Of a stretch of 64,000 bases of DNA, positions 1 through 12,160 are shown one piece after another. The position numbers were made by a program, and so were the translations under genes. The DNA is from Callorhinchus milii (Eukaryota): contig NW_024704743.1 in assembly GCF_018977255.1 (NCBI RefSeq), positions 106,022,001 through 106,086,000 on the forward strand, written 5' to 3'. Under the pieces are notes generated by a model, which ran no database searches, had not been told where the DNA came from, and was given only the letters and a program-made list of their open reading frames with translations. How positions within the stretch are numbered: position 1 is the first letter of the stretch; every line of letters begins with the position of its first letter.

Positions 1-290
1 AAAGTGCTTCACAGAATATACTGTAAAGTGAATTGACTGTATGTTTTGTGGGCAAAACGCAGCAGCCAATTGCGTACAGCAGTGTCCCACAAACAGTCGT
101 GGATTGAAGTGATCAATTTATTATTGTTTTGTTTCTTGGGGAATTATTATCATAAAATCCAAACATAGTACAGAGTCAATTCACTTTACAGTATATTCTG
201 TAAAGTGCTTTGAAACGTCTCGAAGATGTGATAAGGTGCTATATCAAATGCAAGGATGGTTATTATTATTATTATTATTTTATTATATTA
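1..290. mobile_element. Two SINE 3' fragments in opposite orientation (1-135 minus, about 170-290 plus)
   Basis: Reverse-complemented core at 1-135; + strand tail ATCAAATGCAAGG...(ATT)n at about 243-290. Confidence 0.75.
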
Positions 291-789
291 TAACATTTAA
301 TTTATAACAACAAATTGCATTTATAAAGCCCTTTCACATCGGGAGACGCCTCAAAAGATATTTCGAACAATAGAAATTTACAGCGCAGAAAGAGGCCATT
401 CAACTGGTGACCACAAAATTCACTCCATGATGGAGTGCTTCTGATTATCAAATGAAATCTGTGTTCATGGGTCAGAGCCTTTTTTTTCAAGAAATCCTGC
501 TCAAAATCGTTGTATCTTACAGCACATTAAAGAATGAGTAACAACTGTTAACTTTTACTTAAAATGTCCATGTTATCCTGATATGGCTGTGATATCTTGA
601 GTAATGGCAGTTTGCATATCCTGAGACTGACTGTAATAGCACAAAATAAAACTTAAATCATGTCCTATTTCTTCATAGAGCTTGGTTTCCATGTGCATCT
701 TGTCACCCATTCTATTATTTTACCCCCTTCTCCCCAATCGAGTGTCAGGTCAGCGCTTTGGACCAATTTGCGTGCAACAAACTGATAAA

Positions 790-978
790 ATAGATAAAAT
801 AATAATAAATTGGTTACTGCAATCCACAACTGTTTGTGGGACCTGCGGTGAGCAATTGACTGTCGCGTTTCGCCCAGAAAATATACAGTCAAGTCACTTT
901 ACAGTATATTCTGTGAAGCGCTTTGAGATGCCTCGAAGGCGTGATAAAATGCTATATCAAATGTAAGGATTATTATTA
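790..978 (+). mobile_element. SINE 3' half
   Basis: Core CAATCCACAACTGTTTGTGGGAC... and tail ATCAAATGTAAGGATTATTATT. Confidence 0.8.
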
Positions 979-979
979 A

Positions 980-2190
980 ACAACAATAACAAAATTACAT
1001 TTGCACAGCACTTTTCACAACGGGAGGACATCCCAAAGCGCTGGACAATCAGTGTTTTGGACCTGAGCTGGGGGTCGGGAATGGGGAGGATGGAGGGCAG
1101 CAGGGCAAGCAGGGTGATCGAAATCCTGCTCAAAATCGCTGTATCTTACAGCAGGTTTTACTCTGATCTAAAGGATAGCATAATAACACAATAAGACGTC
1201 TCATAATTGAGTCATCTTGAAGTTGTGATAAGGCGCTATATCAAATGCAAGGATTATTATTATTATAAAACCCATAAATAACCTTTACACAGTTGAAGAG
1301 GAGAGTCTTGAGATGGTCTTGAAGGAGGCAAGAAAGAGGGCGAAGCGGAGAGAGTGCTGGATAGAGTTCCAGGGGGTGGGGGCAGTCCAGAAGGCCCACC
1401 TGCCAATTGTGGGATGGGCGAGGCGGGGGATGGGAAGCAGGCTGGAGCCCACTGAGCGGAGGGAGCGGGCAGGATGGTGGTGAGTTAGGAGGTCGTAGAG
1501 GTAGTGGGGAACAGGACCATGGAGAATTTTGAAGGTGAGGACTAGGATCTTGAACTGTATCCTCTGTGTGATCAGAAGCCAGTGGAGTCGGACGAGGATG
1601 GGGGGTGATAGGATCACGAAGCCTGGTGCGGGAGAGGACACGGAACTGCAGAGATCTGGATGATCTGTAGCCTATGGAGGGAGGAGTTGGGGAGGCCGAC
1701 AAGCAAGGAGTTTGCATAGTCAAGCCTGGATATTATGAATGTGTGTGTGAGGGTTTCGGGTTTCGGCGGCCTGCGGTGTGATATAGTGGCGGAGCCGGGC
1801 GATGTTGGAGGAAGGCAGAGCGGGTCGTGGCGCAGATGTGGGGTAGAAAGGATAGTTGAGGGTCAAACAAGACCCCAAGGTTCCGGACTGGCTTAGCAAG
1901 GTAGAGTGTGTATGCATCCATGGAAGGTGATGCTGTCAGCGCCTGAGGTGTGGAGGCTCTGACAGGAGCCGATCAGGAGAGCCTCGGTGTTGTTGAAAGT
2001 TAGCTCTCATCCAGGACTTGATGTCTGACAGACATTCTATCAGCACCGCAGTGGCCCTGGAGTCAAGGGTGGAGGCAGAGAGGCATAGTTAGGTGTCATC
2101 TGAATACATGTGGAAGTTTACCCCATGTCTGCGGATGATGTCAACAAGAGGGAGCATATAGATATTGAAGAGGAGGGGACCAAGGGCAGA
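980..2190 (-). mobile_element. L2-clade LINE 3' fragment (degenerate RT and tail), interrupted at 1120-1285
   Basis: Minus-strand peptides VRNLGVLFDPQLSFLPHI and LHWLLITQRIQFKILVLTFK...RSLRS; 3' tail ends in a (GTT)n-like repeat at about 980-995. Confidence 0.85.
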
Positions 2191-3764
2191 TAAGGCGCGA
2201 TATCAAATGCAAGAATTATTATTAAACCACACAAAAAACACAGATTTGTGCTTAAATATATTTTCCCGCCTCTGTACAAAATTCTAAGATAGTAATTTAA
2301 TATTATTATGGCAATTTGTGGACAGAAAGGAAATTATCTGTCCTTAGAAATCCAGCTTGCAGTGTTTATCTGCTTCCTGAAGGTGCACAGCAGCAATTGT
2401 GCTTTCTCCAGCAGGTGGATCACCCTCCCATTTCTTTTCTGGTTCTAAAAGCTGCTTCCCTTGTCACTTAAAATGTGTGGACAAGTCTAATCGCAACTCA
2501 AACAGTAAGAGGCTCTTTCAACCCGTCCTCTTGACTTCACAGGAAAGCCAGGATTGTGGGCCTCATATCCATAAATGCTTCTGTTTTGGGCTACACGGCT
2601 GAGGAAAGCTTTCATTCCATTAGCTACAACTCAAATCCTACCCACCAGCTGGTGATGTGAAATGCACATTAAACTTGACATGCTGATATCAGTCTAGTAG
2701 AGTTGCTCTGACAGGAAACGGATGTTATTATGATTAAGATGAATGTCCCCCTGTTCCCAAAATGCTGTGGCAAAAAGATTTTTTACTTCAAATCATGGAT
2801 CTAATGTGCAGTGATTTCTGACAACATTCCTTAGAAAGGAAAACAGAAGTTTGCAATGTTGAATTGTCTGAGATCATCTGCCTTTGGAAGGTTTCCAAGT
2901 TTCTGTGCATCATTGCAATGTATCTTCAGTCACTGAAAAAAGTTCCAACTAGTGTCCTTTTTAAGGAATCCCATTGTACATCACTGTAGTGTATATTGTA
3001 ATGTTGAATAGTCTCATGGCATCTTAAATATGCACCTAAACAGGTAGACGGAATCTTGGTTTTACTCTGATCTAAAGGATAGCATAATAACACGATAAGG
3101 CGTCTCATAATTGAGTCATCTCGAAGTTGTGATAAGGCGCTATATCAAATGCAAAGATTATTATTATTATAAAACCCATAAATAACCTTCTGACAGAGGC
3201 AAGAGTGACAACATCTGAGTCAAGCTATGATAGGCCTCCAATCCTATGAAAAAAAAGTGTTTCCCTCATGTCAAGGGGATGCTCCAAAACATTGAAAAAA
3301 GTCAATTAATTATTACATCTAGGTGCTCAGTGAGAGATTGTACTTACCACACTTATCCCTTGAGTGTAGTTATCATTGCCCTCTGGTGGTGAAAGTGTCC
3401 ATTAGTTTATCAATCATATGGAAAGCGCTGATTAATGGCTATCGATGGGCCTTCACCTCTATCGAAAAAACTCTGATGCTGTAAAATAAAAAAATTATAT
3501 TTATTATTTTCTTGAGTTTTCTCTCCACCTTTCCTGGAGGCAGTGAATCACCTTAAAGTATAATCTCACAGCACCACACTACTCCAGCGCCTTGTCCAAT
3601 TGATTGTTGTTTGGGCACCAGAAAATGTTGGCACTTTATTCAATTGCGAGGGAAAATCACTTCAGAGCTCACTCCTATCCTCATCAGACATTCAGTATGG
3701 GAGGGAGTTTCTTCAGATAACCACACCAGATAATCCCACAGATAAAATTGGTCATTCACTTCAA

Positions 3765-4110
3765 TAACAATAATAATAATAATCCTTGCATTTGGTATAG
3801 CACCTTTCACACTGGGAAGACTTCCCAAAGCTCTTCGCAGGATTTACTGTTAAGTGCAGCGACTGTGAATTTGTAAGTGAAGTCGGCCGCCCATTGCAAA
3901 CAGCAATGTCCCACAAACAGCCATGAAACAAATTATTATTTCTATTTGAGGATTGGTGGCCAGGACACCAGGATAAAACTCCCTTCTCTTTTTGAATTGT
4001 GCCATGGGATCTTTAACAGGCAGATGGGACCATAAGTTAATGTCTCATTCGAAGGATGGGGACACCGATAATGCAACACATTTCCAGCACTGCAGTGGGG
4101 TGTCAGCAAG
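3765..4110 (-). mobile_element. Older DeuSINE-like copy
   Basis: (AAT)n-CCTTGCATTTG tail, core, and GCCATGGGATCTTTAAC...GTTAATGTCTCATTCGAAGGA. Similar fragments at about 15845-16570, 27135-27400, 33100-33320, 41390-41640, 42975-43240 and 62965-63205. Confidence 0.7.
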
Positions 4111-7100
4111 GTTCATTTTGCTTTGTTCGTCTGCAAAATACACAGTCACTAAACTTTAAATCCTTGAAGCTCTTTGAAATGACCTCCTGTCCTTGTAAGG
4201 TGTTATATCAAATACAATGATTTTATTATTATATAACATGCATGAACCAGAGTGAAAGCATGGTGATTAGGAGCAGATGAGTTGTGGCTGATTTTTCTCT
4301 TCGTATCCCAGTCCAGTGGAGCTGTCTGCCGGGACCTTGGGATGTCCTTCCTTCATGAAAGGTGCGATATAAATGCAATTGCTTGTTATTATTTGCTGTT
4401 GTTATAGCAGCAGGAATGACATCCTGTTAATTCAGTCCAGTCAAGAAACTGAGCCAGTGTTTATCCTGACCATGTATAGCTCAGTAGCACTGTACCAAGT
4501 GATGCAGTTCCCACTGAGCCCTTTTTGTGCAATTTTGTTCAGAACCTAGGGGTGAAAGATGTATTATATTAATGTGATAATTATCAAATCATCTGGCACT
4601 CAACTCCTAGAGTCTTCCCAGCTGATAGCTGTGCCTTAGAAATCTCCGGAGTGGAGGGCGTTATATAAATCCAAGTTGTTGTTGTTACTGTTTATCAATA
4701 AGCCGATCCCCCACACATCCCAGCTTCGTTGAAATGGTTATTTTACATACAAACCTAATTTTCAAATGATGCCTTGAGATCTTTGGTGTCCACATGTTCA
4801 GGCAAACAGGACGTTGATTTAACTCAGTTTAATTTTCCTTTGTGTGCAACTTTTAGCAACCTTAATTAGAAAGGAACAGCAAGAACAATGGGCAGGTACA
4901 GTATTACATATACAGTGCATATTGATTGAAACGACTAAAGAGAAATTTCCAGGGTTTCAGAGCTGGCTTCTGTCATTATTAATATGATGTCTTTCTCGTT
5001 CAGGGACAGACCTTTGATCACTGGATATGTTTCTTGGTCAAACGTTCTACAAAGTAAGGATATATCTCTTAAAAATCATACCAAATCTGAGGTTGATGAC
5101 TAAAATAAACAATGCAGTTATCTCAGCTCTGTTGGTGACAAGTGGTTTAATTACAAGTCTGTCTGACATCCATCAAGAATGGATTTCCAGCTCAGGTTCC
5201 CAGCCAGCAGTGTGAGGCACTTTGAGATGCCCTCCCTCTGTAAAAGGTGAAATGTAAATGTAAATTGTATTGTTTCAAGGCAGCAGGAAAAGGAGGAATC
5301 CACATTTTGTCCATTAACATGTGTAAAAAACAGAGAGTGTAAAGTTGTGACAGTTGAAGTACTAGTCACTCCATCAAACTGAAAAAATATTATGGTTACA
5401 GTGTTTATCTGTATAATTCTTATTCGAGATTAAGTAACAAGTTTTTGGTCTGAGCCTTTTCCATAATTAGTTTAAGGCTGTAATTTACAGTTCGTTAGAG
5501 TGACTGAACTGTTTGTTTGTTTGTTTGTTTGTTATAGAGGAGGCTTTTTATGCGCTGACTCTAAGTGGGTGCCAAAGTTTGTTTTACTCGGGCCAGCAGA
5601 ATGTAAGATCCATTCAAACCTTTTTTTTTATTTGATTTACATTTGACTGAAAATAAGGGTTTGTGTCGTTGCTAAGAGTCTGTGCAAACATGGAACATGT
5701 AAGTTACACTGTGAAAGTAAACATAGTTACCCGAGATGTGGAACTGGGCAAGGTCTCTGCTGGAGATCTCAACGAGATTAAGTTGTACAGTCAGCAAGTT
5801 ATTACAAGTAATGTAGTATTAACGATCAATGGCCAATGTTTACTGCTCCATTTTGTACACACTTTCAGCGATGACCATAGTATAGGATGACGACATTACA
5901 AATAAATATCTTTGTCAATTATGTTGCTAAGCATTTTAAAGGTAACCTACAAAAATACACAGTCCCTACACTTTACAGTAATTCCTATGAAGCATTTTGA
6001 GACATCTCATCGATGTGATAAGACACTATAATAAACGCAAGGATCATTATTGCTGTAGAATACTGTTTGCCCTATTGCATCTGAGGTCACATGTGCTGAA
6101 ATTAGGTAGACAGCTAAATGAAGAAACAAAGAGCTTTATCTTGACCACACACAGAGCTCACTGAAGATCTCTCTGCAAACCAGAGCTCACAAAACTAGAA
6201 TTCTAATAGGTGCATTATGAGCAGATGCTGAGTTTATGCTCTGACGGTGGAGTAAAAATATGAGCAACAAACATAATTGATACAATTATCACAACAGACA
6301 GAGGATACTGCAAATTAAGTAACAGAAGTAGGAGGAATAGTTTCCCTTGTGAACTAACCCAGGGAGATAAGTGGGGTCACCTTGGGGATGAACCTGGTCC
6401 ATGTTGAGGTGCCTCCAATGAATATCAGAATCAAGTCCATCCTTTCTAATGATCTTGATAGACTGGTGCCTGAGCAAGACAGATCCCTCATAAAACACTG
6501 CTGATGACAAACCAGCCAGCCTGGTTTATCAGCAGGACTTGGGAGGAACATACCAGTCACTGGGGGCAAGGATTCTTCCCACTCAGCTACTGTTAACCCT
6601 GCAAGCCAAAGACCCAACAGCAAGCTTTGTGGTTTTAGTTAGTTAAACTCCAGCAAATATTCTGGGGTTCCCAAGCCTTGCCAACTGGTGCCTAATACAC
6701 AGTCGCCATATTTCACACAAGCTAATTTTCATAGTAGGTTGCAGACATTTGTGGAACTCTCAATCTGTTTGGATATTCTTAAGCACAGTGATGGGTTTCC
6801 ACATGTGTCAGATACCCGGCTGACCAAAACAAGAGAGAAAATTTAGAGCTATTCTGGAAGTTCTTCCCCAAAACACTGTATGTTCTTTTACTTTAGGAAT
6901 ATTAAGATGGGGCACAGAATTGTTTTCTGATCTTATAGTTTCTCAAAAGGGTTTGGATTTTCTAAAGGAAACAATTAAAAGTCCTGAACTAATCTTTTCT
7001 TTTTGAGACAGGAATTAAAAAGGTTTATCCAATGCTAATAAAAAACGATAAATAAAAGAAACCCTAATGTTTGCATTCTCTGAATGGTAACATGTCAAGG

Positions 7101-8364
7101 CTTGCCTTTTCTCACAAACACACCCTAGAGCACAAGCTGATATCACTTATATCAACTATATCACACTTTATTGAAACAGATCTGAATAGGACTAACACCT
7201 GTTATAGCTCCCCTCGGTGCACTTCTTAACTTCAAAAAGGAAAGCATTCTTCCCTATTGATTTTCAATGGTGGTGGGGGAGGTGGGAGAAGGATGAAAAG
7301 ATGAAGAATAATTCCAGTAAACTACCTGGATCAGTGCTGCTGTATAACCGTAATTCAGTCTGTTTTCCATTACACGCTATAAAATGATACACGTGACGCT
7401 ATCATGTTGCATGTATTATGTGGTGACCTTCACGTGTGAACTGAATTTTTTAAAAAGTTTTTTATTGCTGTTCAAGTTAAACCACATGCTCTCTGCTCTT
7501 ACATTGCACATGATATTGGTGCTGAACCCACACTGCTATTGGAATGACAATATTAGTTTCCCAACAGATGTGGCCACAAAGCTCATCTGAAGGTTCACTG
7601 TTCACCTACAAAATACACAAAAGTCATATCATTTTACCTCTGAAGAACTTTGGGAGATCTCGACAACGTGATAAGCGCTATAGCAAATACAAGGATTATT
7701 TAATTTTTATCTGGATTTACCTGCTAATCTGCAGATACCTAAAACAGTCACCACCTGTAAGAAAATACTTGCCTCACAAGAAAGCAAAGAATTGGATTGA
7801 ATCAATGAGAGGTTTGAGAGACCTGTTTCTGTTATCCACAGGAGATTGCCTGGCACCAAACAGTTACCATGGAAGCATTTCTAGTTTATCTCATAAAGGG
7901 GAACAAGCAGAAAGATAGACATGAAAATAGGCACATATTTCACCAGAGTGGAATAAATTAACCGAAAAAGGGATCAGTCATAATTGTGGCAGAGATCGAT
8001 AAGACCCACTCCAAAAAAAGAGCAACAATAGGAGGAGAGGTGAAAGCTTCTGTGCCTTCTCAAGGTTCCAGTCCGGAAATAAGCAAAAACATGTGGTCTA
8101 ATATCAGTGTGGACATTAAGTCCAATCCTCTCCTCACCCAGCATTCAACCATTTATAGCAGCGGGGATTGTTTAGTTGACAGTCAGCAGTAGGGGGATTG
8201 TAATGTCTTCTAGCCTCAGCACTCAGAGCTATTCTGTAGACTCCAACTGCTCCAACTAAGATAGTCTCTGTGGATTCTGGGTTATGTCTATACTGGGAAT
8301 CTTCTGGTCTGTATGACTACGTATCACACCATGTGGTGAAAAATCTTACATTTTGTGATGCGTA

Positions 8365-9478
8365 CGACATCCTGACCATGTGTGACCAAGGCTCCCTCTT
8401 CCTCCTCGATCTCTCCACCGCCATTGACACCGTGGACCACTCAACCCTCTTCCACCAACTCTCCTCCCACCTCAACCTTCAAGGTTCTGTCCTTGACTGG
8501 TTCAGGTCCTATCTTTCACCCCGCCTCCACTTGGTCACGGAAAACAGTTCCTCCTCCAGTCCCCGCACTGTCTCGTGCGGTGTTCCTCATGGCTCTGTCC
8601 TCGGTCCCCTCCTCTTCACCCTCTACATACTCCCTATTGGTCACAGGTATGGTATGGGTATGACACCCAACTCTACCTCTCTGCCTCCCCCTGAACTCCA
8701 GGACTACTGGCGTCCTGGCCGACAGCCTGTCCAACATCAAGTTCTGGATGAGGGACAACTTTCTCCAACTCAAAGTCAGCAAGACCGAGGCCCTCTTGAT
8801 TGGCTCGCACCAGTGCCTCTGCACCTCAGGCACTGGCAGCATCAGCCTCCCTGAGGCTCCACACTCAACCTCACTAAGCCAGTCAGGAACCTGGGTGTCT
8901 TGTTTGACCCTGAACTGTCCTTTCTACCCCACATCCATGCCATGACCGGCACTGCCTAACACCACCCACACAACATTGCCAGACTCTGCCACTGCCTCAC
9001 CCCTCAGGCTGCTGAGACTCTCACCCATGCATTCGTCACCTCAAGGCTTGATTACGGAAACTCCCTCCTCATCGGCCTTCCCAACTCTTCCCTTCACAAG
9101 CTGCAGATCATCTAAAACTCTGCAGCTCGTGTACTCTCACGCACCAGGCTCCGCGACCCCATCACTCCCACACTCACCCAACTCCACTGACTCCCCATCC
9201 CCCAGAGGATCGAGTTCAATGAAACCCCGCCAGGCTTTCAGCCTCTCTGTCCCCACACTCTGGAACTCTATCCCATGGTCCCTTCTCCTCGCTTCCTCCG
9301 TTGCATCCTTCAAGGCCGATCTCAAGACCCTTCTTTTCGACTATGCCTTTGGTCTCCCTCCCACCTCTCTGCCTTCCCTCACCCCTACACCACCCCTCCC
9401 CCATGGTCGGGCCCCGACGTCTGACTGTTCAGCGCTTTGGGACGTCCTCCCGATGTGAAAGGCGCTCTATAAATGTGA
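8365..9478 (+). mobile_element. L2-clade LINE fragment (degenerate reverse transcriptase and 3' tail)
   Basis: RT motifs LLDLSTAIDTVDHSTL, GVPHGSVLGPLLFTLY and NFLQLKVSKTEALLIG, with frameshifts; tail AGCGCTTTGGGACGTCCTCCCGATGTGAAAGGCGCTCTATAAATG. Confidence 0.9.
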
Positions 9479-9780
9479 TGGCGAATGACGGACGGACATC
9501 GAGGAAACATCGTTTTTGGTTTTTATTCAGCTATCCTTGGAGCTTCAGCTTTGCCCTTTTTTTGCTCCGTAGTTTCTCCACGTAATTAATGGTAAGAGAT
9601 AAAACCATTTATTCTGGTACTAGGTTTGTTCGAGTGTTTACAGCAGAGGTCAGCTTGAAATGCTGAGGTGCCATCTCTCAGTGTTCCAGTGTACACTGGT
9701 CATCTGTACAGTGAGCGTACATCAAACACATCCTGTTGAATAAAGACTCCGGCAACTGGGGGCAAATCAAACAATTTATC

Positions 9781-10088
9781 AACAACAACAAAATTACATT
9801 TGTAAAGCGCCTTTCACGTCGGGAGGACGTCCCGAGGTGCTGGACAATCAGTGTTTCGGACCCGAGCTAGAGTCAGAATTGGGGAGGCTGGAGGGCAGGG
9901 GGGGAAAGAGGATGATCAAAAGCACTGTCGAAGAGGAGGGTCTTGAAATGGGTCTTGAAGGGGGCAAGGGAGGGGGCGAGTTGGAGGAATTCTGGGATGG
10001 AATTCCAGAGAGTGGGGGCAAAAGTGGTAGAAGGCCCGCCTGCAATGATGGGGAGGGCGAGGCGGGGGACGTGAATCAGGCTGGAGCA
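9781..10088 (-). mobile_element. L2 3'-end fragment
   Basis: Reverse complement of the same L2 tail, with (AAC)n at the left end. Confidence 0.8.
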
Positions 10089-10810
10089 TAAATTAAGTTA
10101 TGAAAAAATAATAATAGATAAGCAGCCTATTAGTTATGAAAAAAGAACCATCACGTCACTTAATCTCAAACAATGCAGAGAAACACTGTAACCATTTTGC
10201 ATTTGACAGCAATGACTAGTACTTCACTATCACAGCGTCACATCCTCTTTTTACAGGTGCTAACGAGTAAAATTGTGGATTCTCATCTATTCCTGGTGCT
10301 CTGATAGATGTCAACCAGACATATAAATGAATCGTTTGTCACTGTCACGTCTGAGCTGCCTGCGTTGTTTGTTTATTTCAGCAAAGAACTATCTTACAGA
10401 TCTATTTCAGTTAAAATTCTGCAGCACGCTTATGGAAAGACCTATTCCTTACTGAAATAGATCAGTAGTCATGGTGACAACCCATTCAGTTCTACGTCTG
10501 TCTGAAATCTGTCAAAGCAACTACAGTTCATATGCATTGAAATGCTGCAGGAAGACATTGTTTAGGGACTCAGGATTTAGGGTTCATCTGAAATAAAAAT
10601 ATCCAAGTTAAAAATAATTATGGTTTTCTTTGCTTCTTCTGATAGCAATTCGGTCATTAAAATAATATTTTCGCTGTTCTACAATACCAGTCAATGTTGT
10701 CTTTGAGGTGCAGCTTCTCCAATCCCCTTGCTTCATTGCCCTTCGCTGCACACACATTCCTTTGCTTTATTGAATATTTTAATATAGTGGGCTCATGCGG
10801 CTTGGTTTCT

Positions 10811-10992
10811 TTATGTGTGTGTATGTGTGTGGCTGCGGGTGTGTAGCTGTGTGTGTGTGGGGGGGGGGTGTGGTGGATGTGGGTGGGTGGGTGTGTGGTT
10901 GTGGGTGTGTCTGTGTGGGGGGGTATGGGTGTGGGTGGGTGGGGGAGTGGCTGTGGCTTTGTGTGTATGGCTGTGTGGGTGTGTTGGAGGGG
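10811..10992. repeat. GT/GGT-rich low-complexity simple repeat
   Basis: Degenerate (GT)n and (GGGT)n runs. Confidence 0.9.
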
Positions 10993-11377
10993 GGTCCCGC
11001 AGAAAGAGGGGGAGGGTTCTGTGACTCTTAGATTTCATTTATATAAGTCTGAACAATATTAGTTTTCTGACGTGGAGATGAGAAACGAGGATATGAAAGT
11101 TGAGATGTTTACAAGAAGACTTTTCCCACATAGGCAGACGATTGACTGTTTGCTTTTGTTTAGGAACAAAGGAACGTACAGGTCCAGAAAAGACCATTTC
11201 GGTCAAGCTGTTGGATCCCAAACTAAACCCAAATCATACACTACTTTAGCTCTCATATCCTCGATTGATTACTTCATCAAATAGCTACCAAATTCCCTAT
11301 TGAATTTTCTGCCACAATTTGCTTTATTTGTCTAACTGGGTAGCCTATTCTGCACGTTTACCACTCTCTTACAACCA

Positions 11378-12160
11378 TAGAATCATAGAATTATACAGCA
11401 TAGAAGGAGGCCATTTGGCCCATCGTATCTGTGCGGCTTTTTGAAAAGAGCTATCCAATTCAATTCCACTCTCCCGCTCTCTTCCCATAGCCCAAAACAA
11501 CCGTTCACCACCACTCTCTGCTTTCTGTCTCATAGCCAGTTCTGTATCCATGCTGCCACTGTCCCTTTAATTCTATGGGCTTCTATTTTTTATACAAGTC
11601 TCTTATGTGACACTTTATCAAATACCTTTTGAAAATCCATGTAAAATACATCAACTGCACTACCTTCATCCACCCTCTCCGTTACTTCATCAAAAAACTC
11701 TATCAGGTTTGTTAGACATGATTTGTCTTTAACAAATCCATGTTGGCTGTCCTTTATTAACCCATATTTTTCTAAGTGAAAATTTATTTTGTCCCTGATT
11801 ATAGTCTCTAGAAATTTCCCCACCATTGACTGGCCTGTAGTTCTTGGATTTAACCTTCTGCCCCTTTTTGTACAAGGGAGAACATTTGCAACCCTCAAGT
11901 TCTCTGGCACCCACCCCAGTGTCCTAGGAGGATTGAAAGATTGTGGCCAGAGCCTCTGTTATTTCCATTCTTACTTCCCTCAATAAACTAGGATGCATCC
12001 CGTCCGGACCGGGTGGCTTATCTACCTTAGGCATTGTCAACCTCTTTTAGTACCTCTTCTCAGTTTATTCTTATCTTATCCAATTTCTCTACCCTCTCCT
12101 CCAATACTGTGGCATTGGCTGCATCCTCTTCTTTTTTGAAGACAGATGCAAAGTACTCAT
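11378..12160 (-). mobile_element. CR1-clade LINE fragments (RT segment 11590-11910 plus 3' tail near 11378-11520)
   Basis: Peptide FLETIIRDKI...LIKDSQHGFVKDKSCLTNLIEFFDEVT...GSAVDVFYMDFQKVFDKVSHKRL is a typical CR1 RT segment. CATAGAATCATAGAAT is the reverse complement of the CR1 ATTCTATG terminal repeat. Confidence 0.9.

Noticed and set aside
8270..9585. Active retrotransposon
   Set aside because: 5'-truncated, frameshifted, and the catalytic YADD region is lost.
10795..11062. Overlapping Cys/Val/Gly-rich and His/Thr/Pro-rich ORFs
   Set aside because: Artefacts of a GT-rich simple repeat.
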